From the IMG/VR virus record IMGVR_UViG_3300025789_000021: a stretch of DNA of 64,000 nt; one strand, given 5' to 3'. The translations under genes and the position numbers were made by a program. Below the pieces are notes generated by a model. The model made no database searches. It was not told the DNA's origin and was given only the letters and a program-made list of their open reading frames with translations. Positions within the stretch are counted from its first letter, which is position 1. Every line of letters starts with the position of its first letter. Shown piece by piece: positions 18,912-29,373 of the stretch. Source of the stretch: an uncultured virus (IMG/VR IMGVR_UViG_3300025789_000021). Taxonomy: Duplodnaviria; Heunggongvirae; Uroviricota; Caudoviricetes.

Positions 18912-19225
18912 TAGATAGATAACCTTGCCCAAATTGATTTTTTATTTAGTTCTTCTTCAAACTGCGGATATACTTCGTTGAGTTTGGTTATGTCAACTTC
19001 GGTATATCCGCGTGTGCATTTATTGTAAATTTTATCATTGATGCTAAAATCAGAATCGGTTATAATTTTGGTTTGCAGCTTATTGCCTCTGCGACCCCAA
19101 AATATCATATATACTCCGAGTTCAAATATTGAAGCGGCATTTATGTGTGGTGCTTCCAATTCTATAACACCCCACACTTTATCGCTAATATCTTCTTTAC
19201 ACCAACCAATAAATTGATATTTCAT
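18911..19225 (-). CDS. WGR-like domain protein
   Basis: DKVWG...IFWGRRG...K..RGY pattern. Confidence 0.45.
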   Translation of the reverse strand: MKYQFIGWCKEDISDKVWGVIELEAPHINAASIFELGVYMIFWGRRGNKLQTKIITDSDFSINDKIYNKCTRGYTEVDITKLNEVYPQFEEELNKKSIWARLSI

Positions 19226-19506
19226 CAGATTGCCTGTGGGTTTTGATAGACCATGTTTTTACCTTGATGTGAAATGACAAAAACAGATGCATCCATATCA
19301 CTATTATACCACTTGTTCAAGCACTCAGCATATGCTTTATTAATTGCAGTATCAAGTTCATAATCTGGAATCTTCAAATCTTCCAGTTTAAATGGAATGT
19401 TTACAATTTCTGTTCCACCGGCAGTCCTACGCAGCATATGGAAAAATAAATTTGGTTTATAACCAGATGGCTCAACCTGAATGCGAGCGACCTTGGCATC
19501 ACTCAT
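19225..19506 (-). CDS. Hypothetical protein
   Basis: 93 aa, overlapping operon arrangement. Confidence 0.5.
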   Translation of the reverse strand: MSDAKVARIQVEPSGYKPNLFFHMLRRTAGGTEIVNIPFKLEDLKIPDYELDTAINKAYAECLNKWYNSDMDASVFVISHQGKNMVYQNPQAI

Positions 19507-19805
19507 TGCTTTAGGGCCTCATATGTGATGATGTGTGCGAATGCTTCGCCCAAATCTTTTTCAGATGGAATAATATGCAGGGAGGTGTTGGTGCGATCAG
19601 TCATAATATTATAATGGCTTACTTCCACAATCATGCCACCCGTAGCATTATATGTGCGAAATGTAGTGTTTGATGAGTTCAAACCATTAGTGGTATTATA
19701 TTTGCGAAGGGGAAATCCAGTATCTGGCAATAAAACTGGTTCATCCTGAACCGTTTCCCATGCTTTGCGAGATTGTTTTAGAAACCACTTGTCAAACCAT
19801 TTCAT
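19503..19805 (-). CDS. Hypothetical protein
   Basis: 100 aa, overlapping operon arrangement. Confidence 0.55.
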   Translation of the reverse strand: MKWFDKWFLKQSRKAWETVQDEPVLLPDTGFPLRKYNTTNGLNSSNTTFRTYNATGGMIVEVSHYNIMTDRTNTSLHIIPSEKDLGEAFAHIITYEALKQ

Positions 19806-20410
19806 TATACATAATCCTTTTCAACAAGAATCATTTCAACTTCTGAACTCTTGCCATCAGTTGACAGTTCACCCAAATCTGCTAAATCAACGCCGTTATA
19901 CTGAACTCCGGTTACAAGAACCCATCCTTCAACATCAGTAGTCATAAATGTCAACTTTTTTGGATCAAACTCATTATCCTCAAATTCATATGAGGAAAAC
20001 ACACCCTTTTCAAAACTCTGTCCCACAAAATATACATCACCGTCATTTAGGTGATCTTCTGCACGAATCTCTTCAACTTCATTGACCAATGCTCCTTGGT
20101 CAGTGAAATTTACAATCTCGGTTGAATCCACGATTATATTTTCAAGAGAATCATAAATGGTTACATAAGCATACTCAACATCTGCTCCACAATTATGAGC
20201 GATGTCATCACAATCATACCAATCGCCCGGAGAAAATGGACGAATATCTTCTGGAATTACTACTTCTTCATTTTCTTCAAAAAAATCAGAGTTCCAGCAG
20301 TAATCCTCAAGATCAAGTTCGTTTTCTTCAAAAACATCATAGAACTTACGATTTACTTTTCCTACTGTAATTTCGCCGCCGCGACCCGCGATTTCAATCC
20401 TATACTTCAT
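19805..20410 (-). CDS. Very acidic hypothetical protein
   Basis: 201 aa, strongly D/E-rich. Confidence 0.6.
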   Translation of the reverse strand: MKYRIEIAGRGGEITVGKVNRKFYDVFEENELDLEDYCWNSDFFEENEEVVIPEDIRPFSPGDWYDCDDIAHNCGADVEYAYVTIYDSLENIIVDSTEIVNFTDQGALVNEVEEIRAEDHLNDGDVYFVGQSFEKGVFSSYEFEDNEFDPKKLTFMTTDVEGWVLVTGVQYNGVDLADLGELSTDGKSSEVEMILVEKDYV

Positions 20411-20547
20411 TTCTTCTTTCCTTTCTTTTTAGACGGAACAGTCAATTCAACATCTGGATATAAGTTGCGAATTACGCCCATAATATCAGATTCTTTATTT
20501 TTCTTCTGGAACTCTTGAATTAGCGATTCTTTAATCATGTTTTTTCC

Positions 20548-21048
20548 TTAAAATGCTTGGCTATAGTCAACAATTTCACAATTTCTGCTTATTTCTTTAA
20601 CAAAGTATACACATCTTGGTTTTTCTCCATCATCAATTGGAACACATAAAAACTGGCCGTTTCTAAGTCTCGGGGCAAACCATGTGACATCTGGATAGAT
20701 GTCTAAAATTTCAATAGGCAAGAATGACGGGGAGAAAGATGACAATGGATTAAATTCAAAAGCATTAAATCCTCTGTCATTAAGGCTTGATAATGGAAGA
20801 GTTTCCAGATCACCGTGCTCTTGCTCACCAATTAGTATTTGCCAATCAACTGGCATTTTTATTGTCATATCACCTATCTTAAGAACTAAGGCAGGAGAAC
20901 TAAATGATTCCAAAAAAATCAATGGGATGAAGTGGTAATCTACATTGGATGGAGTGGAGTTATCAAGGATTGCAAATCTAACATCATCTACTTCATCTGG
21001 GAGATTATCTAAATTAAATTTTTCATTTTCTAATAGAAGTATGTTCAT
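20548..21048 (-). CDS. Hypothetical protein
   Basis: 166 aa behind TTGACA-17-TATAGT (21055-21083). Confidence 0.7.
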   Translation of the reverse strand: MNILLLENEKFNLDNLPDEVDDVRFAILDNSTPSNVDYHFIPLIFLESFSSPALVLKIGDMTIKMPVDWQILIGEQEHGDLETLPLSSLNDRGFNAFEFNPLSSFSPSFLPIEILDIYPDVTWFAPRLRNGQFLCVPIDDGEKPRCVYFVKEISRNCEIVDYSQAF

Positions 21049-21087
21049 GATTAAACTATAGCAAATTTTTGCTTAATTGTCAACATA

Positions 21088-22542
21088 TTAGATGTCCAAT
21101 TTTTCTGTTGTAAAGGGATATTCTGCTTCTTTATAAAAAACCTTACGTTGTGTTAGGTGGCGTTTTGCGAACTTACAAGTGCTTGTAATATCCCAAATCT
21201 GCACAAAGTCCTTATCTTCTGCTTTTCTTACACCACGCCCAATGCTTTGAATAACACGAACAAACGACTTGCCAGGCTCAATAAGTACCAAGTTAAAGAT
21301 ACGAGGAATATTGATACCGACAGCAGCAACACCATACGTGGCAACGATAATTTTGTCATCACTTGTTGCAATTTCATCATATTCTTCTTTCCTTTCTGTT
21401 AATTTAGTATTACCATTAACAAACACTGCGTTTGGTAATCTGTTTACTAATTCTTTACCCGCGTTAACACGGTCAACGAGAACCAACGTATTTCCGGTCT
21501 CAGTAATTTTTATGATTAATTCGCTGATTCTATCCAGCCTCTTTTCATCTTCTAAAAGATGCTTGAGTTCTGATTGATAATTTGCAAACTCTTTGTTATC
21601 TTTCATCTGAATGATGTTCACATGGCAGTTAGCAAGGACGCCTTTATCCTGTAGTTCTTTAGCCGATAGATTTCCAACAACAGGCCCAAGGGACACGAGA
21701 AGTGATACCCTATCCATTTCATCTTTAGGAATAGTTCCTGTGAGGCCCCATCTAATCGGAATTCTGGAAAGTAATCCGGTTAATAGCGTTTGTAAAATAT
21801 TACCTTTAATTGAATGTGCCTCGTCAACAATCACGCATATTACGTCATCCAAGAAAGAGTTACGCAACTCTGGATCAATTTCAGAATCTGTCTTTTTATT
21901 TAAGAGGTTGTCCAATGATTGCCAAGTACAGATTGTGTGGGTTTTTCCGTATTCCTTGCGGTCGCCAAAATACACGCCAACATTTAATCCAAGATTGATG
22001 TAGTCTGCCTCGGTTTGCACAACAAGAGATTTGTTAGGAACAATTACAAGTGATCGCCCATACTTTTCTACACTCTTAGAGAGTGCAGCAGTTATCAGAG
22101 TCTTTCCAGCACCAGTGGCAATTTCTTGTAGCGACTGTGGATTTGACAGGAAGTTGTTTACGATTTCTACCTGATAATCGCGTAACATAATAGGTTTGTC
22201 TTCGGCTGGGTGTCCTTTTGGCCACTTCTTATCAGCAAAGGTATCTTCTTTAATTAAATCAAATGTCAGGTCTTGGCTGCGCTGTCTTCGGTCATCAAGT
22301 TCAATATCATAATCATTATCAATTAAGTATGGAACAATCTGATCTAATAGATTTAGATAGGTGCTTCCTGCTAAAGAAAAGTAACTGATTTTACCATTCC
22401 ATCTACCTAATCTTACAGCAGGAAGATATTTTGCACCGGGTTTTTCATATTCAAATTTTTTCATTAGTGCTCTGCGAGTGTCTAATTCAAGACCTTCAAT
22501 TTTTACATTACACTCGTCTTTTATTATTATTTTTGCTTTCAT
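21088..22542 (-). CDS. uvsW: SF2 DNA helicase, UvsW-like
   Basis: LRDYQ, ATGAGKT, VDEAH, GLTGT, QSIGRGVR. Confidence 0.88.
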   Translation of the reverse strand: MKAKIIIKDECNVKIEGLELDTRRALMKKFEYEKPGAKYLPAVRLGRWNGKISYFSLAGSTYLNLLDQIVPYLIDNDYDIELDDRRQRSQDLTFDLIKEDTFADKKWPKGHPAEDKPIMLRDYQVEIVNNFLSNPQSLQEIATGAGKTLITAALSKSVEKYGRSLVIVPNKSLVVQTEADYINLGLNVGVYFGDRKEYGKTHTICTWQSLDNLLNKKTDSEIDPELRNSFLDDVICVIVDEAHSIKGNILQTLLTGLLSRIPIRWGLTGTIPKDEMDRVSLLVSLGPVVGNLSAKELQDKGVLANCHVNIIQMKDNKEFANYQSELKHLLEDEKRLDRISELIIKITETGNTLVLVDRVNAGKELVNRLPNAVFVNGNTKLTERKEEYDEIATSDDKIIVATYGVAAVGINIPRIFNLVLIEPGKSFVRVIQSIGRGVRKAEDKDFVQIWDITSTCKFAKRHLTQRKVFYKEAEYPFTTEKLDI

Positions 22543-23528
22543 TTTGCCTCAATGGGGCGAGAATCTTTAAGAACTATCAGTTTGCCCATTCCCGGATAGT
22601 TCATATTTACGGTGCTGTCATATAGAGTTATTAACATAAAGTGTTCCGGCGAAGTTTTACCTGGAGGAAAAAGCGTTATGCCATTTTCTACAAATACTGC
22701 CTGAACTTCTTTACCAATTTTACTATAATTAATTCCTCTTCCCCATAGGACATTAGAACAACCCAATGATTTAATCATCTTGACGAGATTAGCACCATCT
22801 GAGGCTTCTATTTGTACGCTACGGTCAGCAGCAAATTTCAAAGTAGGATCATTCTTGGTCAACTCTGGATCAATCTTTATTCCATACTGAGACAGTTTAT
22901 ACAATGTAAGAGGTTCAAGCGTGAGTTCAATGTCACTTATAGCCTCTAGGAGAGGCGCTGAGCATGCTACAAGCATTAGTCTGCCATTCACCATCATTAG
23001 CGTTGGGTCCCAAACTGTAGTCGTTTCATATCGCTTTAAACTGTCCAACAAAACTTGTGAGGTTTCACAGAACTTGACCGTAGGAAAGTATTTATAAAGT
23101 TTGGTTGCGGCAATATTGAATGCACGAGTAGAAAACTTTGATTTGTATATCTTCAATTCTCTATTCCACTCAAACGAATTGTGGGGAATATCCCTGAATG
23201 ACGAGATAAATGTTTTATTAAATGGAACACGAATGATGATTTCATCGTCATCAATAGACACTACTGCACCAGTATATTCTGGTGTGCTTTCAACAATCGT
23301 GGATTCCCAAGGAAGCAGCATAACGTCTTCCTTCTTGATATTGTTCTTGGCTAACTGCTTACCATACTTTTCAATCAGCCTATCAAACAGATCGGCTTGA
23401 TTGGATGTAACGCGCATGTTCTTTTGAACCATCGATTGCAGGTTTGCCAAGAACTTATAGTCATACTGGCTGAGAGAAATCTTTCCTACCTGTAGGAAGA
23501 AATACAGCAATTGTTCTTTCTTTTCCAT
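22539..23528 (-). CDS. Hypothetical protein
   Basis: 329 aa, ATGA-coupled to uvsW. Confidence 0.65.
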   Translation of the reverse strand: MEKKEQLLYFFLQVGKISLSQYDYKFLANLQSMVQKNMRVTSNQADLFDRLIEKYGKQLAKNNIKKEDVMLLPWESTIVESTPEYTGAVVSIDDDEIIIRVPFNKTFISSFRDIPHNSFEWNRELKIYKSKFSTRAFNIAATKLYKYFPTVKFCETSQVLLDSLKRYETTTVWDPTLMMVNGRLMLVACSAPLLEAISDIELTLEPLTLYKLSQYGIKIDPELTKNDPTLKFAADRSVQIEASDGANLVKMIKSLGCSNVLWGRGINYSKIGKEVQAVFVENGITLFPPGKTSPEHFMLITLYDSTVNMNYPGMGKLIVLKDSRPIEAK

Positions 23529-23562
23529 GTTCTAACTATACCACAATCTATTATAAATGCAA

Positions 23563-23591
23563 GAAAAAAGGGGAGGCGGAAGCCTCCCCCT
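23563..23591 (-). terminator. Rho-independent terminator
   Basis: ggggaggc-ggaa-gcctcccc with adjacent A-run (U-run on minus strand). Confidence 0.85.
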
Positions 23592-23629
23592 GAGTTTACC
23601 GGTGCGGTGTGCTACCGGAGAGAATATGC

Positions 23630-23806
23630 TTAGAGTTTTTGACGAATTCGTACAGTATCAAATAGTGCGATAAGACCAAGACAGAATGCTAAATTTTCTA
23701 TACTGCCCCATCGACCATCCATAACCCTGATTGCTATTACCAAAACAATAAGTTGTAAGATAGTCCAGAGCCATGCGATAATATAATTGATAATATCGGT
23801 TTTCAT
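23630..23806 (-). CDS. Small two-TM membrane protein (58 aa, not in ORF track)
   Basis: MKTDIINYIIAWLWTILQLIVLVIAIRV...LAFCLGLIALFD; AGGAG RBS upstream. Confidence 0.55.
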   Translation of the reverse strand: MKTDIINYIIAWLWTILQLIVLVIAIRVMDGRWGSIENLAFCLGLIALFDTVRIRQKL

Positions 23807-23817
23807 TTCATTTCTCC

Positions 23818-24849
23818 TTAGTGACGACGCATTACGGTGCTTTCCGCAAGTGCCTTCCAGTTCTTAGGTGAGATTTTGATCAAATCAGCGATTTTGAGAG
23901 CGGTACGAATAGACAGTTCACGGAGTTTATGGTTGTTAGCTTCCATGAAATCAAGAACTTCTTGTCCTTCATTATTTTCAAAATTATAATCGCCAAACAG
24001 CCCATTTTCCGCATCGCGATTAACTTGACGAATACGAAGCATTTTGTCGCGCTCCGAGTCAATAGTCAAATCAACGAAGTGGCAACGTGACTCCAGTGCT
24101 TCAAGGTGATCTTGCAACTTCTTAGAACGAACGTTTTCAAACTTAAGGTTTGTAATGAAAATTGCCGAACCCTTAAAGTCAAAACTATTGGGGATTCCTT
24201 CATCCCGAAGAAGGCGAGAATCCGAGTTCCAGCAGATGCGACGACGCTTACCACTATCAAGAGCGGCCTTAAGAATGTTCAGGGAAAGTTCGTCAGCAAA
24301 GACACTATCACAGTCATCAAAGACCAGAACATTCTTCTTGTCACTATACTTGTAAAGTTGTGCGTAAAGCCCCAAGGCAGTCATGGCACCCTTCACAACA
24401 TTGTGACGAATTTTGTTACCAGAGAGTTGGTCAAACAAAGCAGACTTTTCAAGCTGTTGCTCAACGCCAAACGACTTGCCAACGCCCGGAGGCCCCGAGA
24501 CAATCATCGCCTTCACATCGCCACGGATACAAGCAGCAGCCATGTCATCCAGAATCTGGAAACGGTTGGAAATGCGATCCATTGCTTCTTCGTCAGTTTC
24601 AGTCACAACGATAGGCTTGCTGCCCTTTGAGACCGTAGTATTATTAACTTCATCGTCAATAATTTCATAATGCGATGTACTATCCACTTTAATCCTTACT
24701 TTGTTGCAATCCACGGGAAACTTATCATCATTAAGAACGGTGATGAAAGAGCCGTGAACCCCTTCTTGAATGCCCTTGAGCATCACGAACTCCCGATTGA
24801 TTACAGGCTTGCCGCGAAATTCACCATACTTTACGAGAACATTATGCAT
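23818..24849 (-). CDS. AAA+ ATPase
   Basis: GPPGVGKS, LVFDDCD, FITN, ALESR. Confidence 0.8.
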   Translation of the reverse strand: MHNVLVKYGEFRGKPVINREFVMLKGIQEGVHGSFITVLNDDKFPVDCNKVRIKVDSTSHYEIIDDEVNNTTVSKGSKPIVVTETDEEAMDRISNRFQILDDMAAACIRGDVKAMIVSGPPGVGKSFGVEQQLEKSALFDQLSGNKIRHNVVKGAMTALGLYAQLYKYSDKKNVLVFDDCDSVFADELSLNILKAALDSGKRRRICWNSDSRLLRDEGIPNSFDFKGSAIFITNLKFENVRSKKLQDHLEALESRCHFVDLTIDSERDKMLRIRQVNRDAENGLFGDYNFENNEGQEVLDFMEANNHKLRELSIRTALKIADLIKISPKNWKALAESTVMRRH

Positions 24850-24903
24850 GACTATCTCCTATCGTGTTCAGTGGAGCCACTTTACCGACAGGAGATATAT
24901 ATG

Positions 24904-25386
24904 TCAAGCAGAAAAAACACTGATTTTAGAAAAACCTTCATCTTCTGTTGGGTGCGTAAAAGACTTAACCATAGTCCCCAGAATATGCTGCGGGATGGTC
25001 TTGCCCTTACGAGAGTTGAGCCTATGTTCCCATTCATCCGGCTCAGGAGTCGGAAACACCACCGCTTCAAAAGTATATCCATGCCCCTTGAAGAAATCAA
25101 TGAACTTCTTGCGGGACTTCACTGACAGGTTGGTGCGATCAATGATGACACTGTTGCCATTTTCTGCGCACAGAATAGCATCATCCCACATAACTTTTTC
25201 TGCAAATCCGACCAGTTCCTTAAAGGCTTGATCATAAGTATAACCATACTTAAGTGCAATTTCATCAATGATCTTGTCGGTGGATAGGACCGTATCGTGC
25301 CAATGCTGCTTTTGCATCTTGTGCATGGTAGTCCACGTGGACTTTCCACTTCCTGGTAGTCCACATAAAATGATCACAGTTTTCAT
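24904..25386 (-). CDS. P-loop kinase (polynucleotide kinase-like, AAA_33)
   Basis: GLPGSGKST, STD, IIDRTNL..R, R...R. Confidence 0.75.
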   Translation of the reverse strand: MKTVIILCGLPGSGKSTWTTMHKMQKQHWHDTVLSTDKIIDEIALKYGYTYDQAFKELVGFAEKVMWDDAILCAENGNSVIIDRTNLSVKSRKKFIDFFKGHGYTFEAVVFPTPEPDEWEHRLNSRKGKTIPQHILGTMVKSFTHPTEDEGFSKISVFSA

Positions 25387-25622
25387 TGTTGATGATGTTC
25401 TCCTCTGCGTACCATTCCTGCTGAAATGCTACACGACCTTTTATGGTAATAGAATTCATTAAGCCTATTTGGATTGCAGTTTCTGCCCATACGTTTCATT
25501 CTTTCTATATAAGCACGACGTTCTTTATCAAGCTCAGCCGCAGTCTCAGACAAATAATCTGCTATTTTTTCACGTTCCTGTTTTACGGCATCTTCAATCA
25601 TTTCTTGTGTAGTCTTAGTCAT
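25383..25622 (-). CDS. Hypothetical protein
   Basis: 79 aa, ATGA-coupled. Confidence 0.5.
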   Translation of the reverse strand: MTKTTQEMIEDAVKQEREKIADYLSETAAELDKERRAYIERMKRMGRNCNPNRLNEFYYHKRSCSISAGMVRRGEHHQQ

Positions 25623-25775
25623 CTTCTTTATCCTTCAATAGATTGCGGGTTCGTTCCACGATACAGTTGCCCTTGTCTTCCAAAAAATGTGCCTGACAAT
25701 AGCCATGATGATCATGATGACATGGTTCATCGTGAATGTCAAGCCATTCTTGTAGCAGTTTGGTTAATTCGTTAG

Positions 25776-25967
25776 TCATACACCCGGCGAACGCCCTCCA
25801 TACTCCAGAAAATCTTCAATGTCTTCTTTCAGACAAAGACCATCACAGTAAGTGCCATCATAGAATGCAGTTTCACCAAAGAAATCCTTAACATATGGAC
25901 CTTCATCACATTTGTTAAGGATTTCAAGAACGGCGTTAAGGAGAACAGTTGCACGATCTTCAGTCAT
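25776..25967 (-). CDS. Hypothetical protein
   Basis: Likely start MTEDRAT... Confidence 0.45.
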   Translation of the reverse strand: MTEDRATVLLNAVLEILNKCDEGPYVKDFFGETAFYDGTYCDGLCLKEDIEDFLEYGGRSPGV

Positions 25968-25971
25968 TTTA

Positions 25972-26292
25972 TTATCCATTCCACTTGCAAACGTCGATGA
26001 ACTGCTCGTCACTCATCCAGAGATAATCGTCTTCGGTATAGCCCCAGCGATCAATACCGCCACCGATGCCGACATAGTTTCCATCAGCATCAAAAGCGCT
26101 GTAGCCATAGCTATCATAGCCATCAGCATCATAATCGGCAAAGTAAAGACGAGTGTTATAGATTTCGCCACGCTCTTTCATTTCAAGAGTCCACACTGGC
26201 GGAATCTGCTTGTCAGCATTATAGCAATAATCTCTGTAGGAGCGACTAGTTTGCTGGCAAGTCAGCGACGGGCTGTATTTACCTTTGCTCAT
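25972..26292 (-). CDS. Hypothetical protein with YD.DGYD-type repeats
   Basis: 106 aa, GGAG RBS, TTGACA promoter upstream. Confidence 0.55.
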   Translation of the reverse strand: MSKGKYSPSLTCQQTSRSYRDYCYNADKQIPPVWTLEMKERGEIYNTRLYFADYDADGYDSYGYSAFDADGNYVGIGGGIDRWGYTEDDYLWMSDEQFIDVCKWNG

Positions 26293-26484
26293 ATCGAATC
26301 ACTCCATATCTCTGCTACATTCTCAACATAGCAGATTCGCATAAAATGTCAATCGTTATTTTCCAACCGCTGCTTGATGATAGCAATCGTTTCATCAAGA
26401 CATTCGTGAGAATCCGTACCGTCTAACTCAAGCATGGCCTTTGCCCAATCAAGGTCTTCAAGCGCCATTTCAAAAAGTTCTCTA

Positions 26485-27705
26485 TCAGTCATTATAAGCC
26501 AATCCCGGAAACCAGACATCACGAATGGCTTCATACTTTGTCGTGCGACCAAGGTTGTTGCGGATCGTGTTACGCACCGTGTTGTAGACCTTGGTCCTGT
26601 CACCCCAACAAGTAAAAACCGTGGCACGATCATACTGGTTGAAATTAGGTGCAACTTGAAGAGCAAAAGTTTTGCGGTCCATATTCTCTTCCGCAATCCT
26701 CGTCAGGATGTCTTGAATAGAGAGACAAGTAGACGCAACTTCGACATTAAAGTCATGCTCAAAGTGCGACAGACGATCACGATCCTCTGCAGGCAAATGA
26801 GCCTTGATGTCATCCAGCTTCTCGTCCAGAATGCATTCAACAATGTTGCGATCCTGTAGAATAGCTTCCTTCGCCTTGTGAATCTGGAGATACCAATGGC
26901 ACTTCAACTTCAACATATGCCCATCATCAAAACGAACCACGAACCCTTCAAGGTCTTCCAGATCACGAACGTATTCAAGGAAAGCCTTCATGTCAGTCTG
27001 CGGTTCGAATGCACGAACGACAGGGACAATACCAACACGAGCAAAAGCTTCAAGCATATCACGACTGGCATAAGTACCCTTCGTATTATGGCGAACAGCA
27101 GTCAGTATCAGTTGGTCTTCAGAACCATAATCCAGAACGATACGCTGCTTACGCGAACACCATTCAAAGATAGGGGTAAGTCCTCCGGCAATCATGTCAG
27201 TTGCAAACTCAATATACTGCGGATTGTTCTTCACAAACTCCTCAACAGGCTTTGCCACATCGGTAGCACCCATCTTCGTGCCCCAGATCATCTGACCATT
27301 CACAATGAACGGTGCAATCATCGAACCATCCAGCTTCTCAAGGATAGCATGAGGGCGCGACAGATCAATGACATGATCCTGAGTCTCTTCACGCTCATTC
27401 ACATTGAAGAACTTATGGAACGGGCGACGAATGATATCACCAGTTTCAGTATCAAAGATGATACCACGACACTCACGGCGAATCTTGGCATCATCATCCA
27501 AAGTGAAATAGTCTTTCCAATCTTCAGGGGGGCGACTAGCTTTTTGCCACGTGTGGTGTTCGGTCTTCCCAAAGGTGTCATCCATCATCACGTTGTAGTT
27601 GATGACGGTATAGCCTTCCTTCTGAGCCACAACGAACTCATCGCGACCTTCAATAGCAGGCAGCACATCAGAAATGTTTTTAATAACTGGGAAGGTATAA
27701 TCCAT
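26485..27705 (-). CDS. RNA ligase 1 (T4 Rnl1-like)
   Basis: RECRGIIF, HKFFN, EKLDGS, FEW, EGFVV, KLKC motifs. Confidence 0.9.
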   Translation of the reverse strand: MDYTFPVIKNISDVLPAIEGRDEFVVAQKEGYTVINYNVMMDDTFGKTEHHTWQKASRPPEDWKDYFTLDDDAKIRRECRGIIFDTETGDIIRRPFHKFFNVNEREETQDHVIDLSRPHAILEKLDGSMIAPFIVNGQMIWGTKMGATDVAKPVEEFVKNNPQYIEFATDMIAGGLTPIFEWCSRKQRIVLDYGSEDQLILTAVRHNTKGTYASRDMLEAFARVGIVPVVRAFEPQTDMKAFLEYVRDLEDLEGFVVRFDDGHMLKLKCHWYLQIHKAKEAILQDRNIVECILDEKLDDIKAHLPAEDRDRLSHFEHDFNVEVASTCLSIQDILTRIAEENMDRKTFALQVAPNFNQYDRATVFTCWGDRTKVYNTVRNTIRNNLGRTTKYEAIRDVWFPGLAYND

Positions 27706-27753
27706 GGCGTATCTCCTGTTTCACTGTCAGTGTTATTGTAAAAGTGTTATAGT

Positions 27754-28038
27754 TTATCCAACCACGCTATCGATGATGCGAACCAAATCTTCGGCATACA
27801 CATCTTCAATCTGCTTGATCATGTTGATATCATAGTTGCGAATCTTGAAGAAGTCAAGATCATAAAGGTCGGTGCCTTCATTATACTTGACATACACATA
27901 GCCCTTCCACTTGACCATGCCAGAAGTCTTGAACTTGAGACCATTGCCCATGTTCACATAATCTTTTGCACCCCAAGCCCACGTGGCGCGAGGATCAATC
28001 GTCTTGATCTGCGAAAGAATGGTTTGTGCAATGCTCAT
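27754..28038 (-). CDS. Hypothetical protein
   Basis: MSIAQTILSQI...DLY...DVYAEDL; GGAG RBS; promoter TTGACA-17-TATATC (28070-28098). Confidence 0.6.
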   Translation of the reverse strand: MSIAQTILSQIKTIDPRATWAWGAKDYVNMGNGLKFKTSGMVKWKGYVYVKYNEGTDLYDLDFFKIRNYDINMIKQIEDVYAEDLVRIIDSVVG

Positions 28039-28112
28039 GTCAAACTCCGTTTTCTCAGTGTGTGTGTTTGATATACGCACCGGAAGAAAGGATGTCAACA
28101 TGTTTTTTCAGA

Positions 28113-28871
28113 TTATTTAAATTCCCACTTCCATGGTGGAACGGAGTAGTAATTTAACTGATCTTTAAACCTCGGTGTAAATTTAGCATTCACAACGATT
28201 GGTGTAGATTGAATGCGAGTTTCCCAAAGAGATAGCAGCGGATTATAATTATCAATTTCAATCATAACCCGATTGTCATCTTCGTCATAAAACCAATACT
28301 CATATGTCTGCTTTTTTCTTTGGGTGGCATTTAATCTGGTAATATACGTAAGTGTTTTTTGATTGGTATCATTGTTTACCAGCGGCTTTATTTCACTTCC
28401 GAAAACTCTAATAAGACTCATATCGTATTCATAGAAATATGGAAGTTTGTATGCTATACCACACTGATTGTCTTTGTATAAATTGTCAGAAACGGCCAAG
28501 AATTTATTAAGATTTTCTCTATACACACTAATCTTATCGCTGCGTAATATTATCCACATTAATTTCTGAGTATAATGCTCACGGATGCGGCGGGCGAGTT
28601 CGCGATCATCAGTTGTAATATACGGAGAAATAATATTCTCATCTTCACTAATTGATAGTAAATGAACCGGTTTGCGACACGTATTGAGTTCATGGTTCGT
28701 TGGATCATTTGATAAAATCTCACGAATACGCTTAATCGTGCAAGCAAGGACAATCGGGTCCTCTTTTATAAATGAAGATGTATAAACCACATCAGAAAAT
28801 GTGTGGGATTGGTGTATTAATGGATTATTAAGCCAATTAAAGGTATTCTTTTGAGTAGTATTAACTGTCAT
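28113..28871 (-). CDS. Hypothetical protein
   Basis: 252 aa ORF. Confidence 0.6.
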   Translation of the reverse strand: MTVNTTQKNTFNWLNNPLIHQSHTFSDVVYTSSFIKEDPIVLACTIKRIREILSNDPTNHELNTCRKPVHLLSISEDENIISPYITTDDRELARRIREHYTQKLMWIILRSDKISVYRENLNKFLAVSDNLYKDNQCGIAYKLPYFYEYDMSLIRVFGSEIKPLVNNDTNQKTLTYITRLNATQRKKQTYEYWFYDEDDNRVMIEIDNYNPLLSLWETRIQSTPIVVNAKFTPRFKDQLNYYSVPPWKWEFK

Positions 28872-28914
28872 GTTCTTAATGTATCTTAGTTAGAGGTGAA
28901 ATACAAGGGTAAAA

Positions 28915-29373
28915 TTACCCGATTGAAATATCTTCCATTCCTGCCGTGCGGAGGCGAACGATGTGGCCCATTTGCCATTGCTTGGCTTCAAGCCCCTTGA
29001 TAATGCCAGTCCACGTATTGCGAAGCAATGCTACTTCATTCATAAGAACTTCATAATCAATAACTTCATCTTCACCTTCCGCATACTTTTGAGCATCCTT
29101 TGGCTGAAGTGCACGATTGTAGTTTTCAAGATACTTCTTGAAATGTGTGTGTTTTATTTTACGAAGCCTAATATTCATGAAGTTAAGCACTGCTTCAATT
29201 TCTTGAAGTTGATTGAAGCGGTATTCTGTTATTCCGGGCAGTGAGGCAATGTTTTTTTCAACATTTCCGTATATCTTTACCTCACGTTTTGCTTGCAGTA
29301 ATTCATTTTCATAATATGCAATAAAATCAGGAAGATGACTTAAGTCCGAAGTAACTTTACTATACCAATTCAT
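28915..29373 (-). CDS. uvsY: Recombination mediator UvsY-like
   Basis: Helical 152 aa ending IIKGLEAKQWQMGHIVRLRTAGMED; close to uvsX. Confidence 0.7.
   Translation of the reverse strand: MNWYSKVTSDLSHLPDFIAYYENELLQAKREVKIYGNVEKNIASLPGITEYRFNQLQEIEAVLNFMNIRLRKIKHTHFKKYLENYNRALQPKDAQKYAEGEDEVIDYEVLMNEVALLRNTWTGIIKGLEAKQWQMGHIVRLRTAGMEDISIG

Noticed and set aside
26878..27741. 287-aa plus-strand ORF
   Set aside because: Antisense shadow of the RNA ligase gene.
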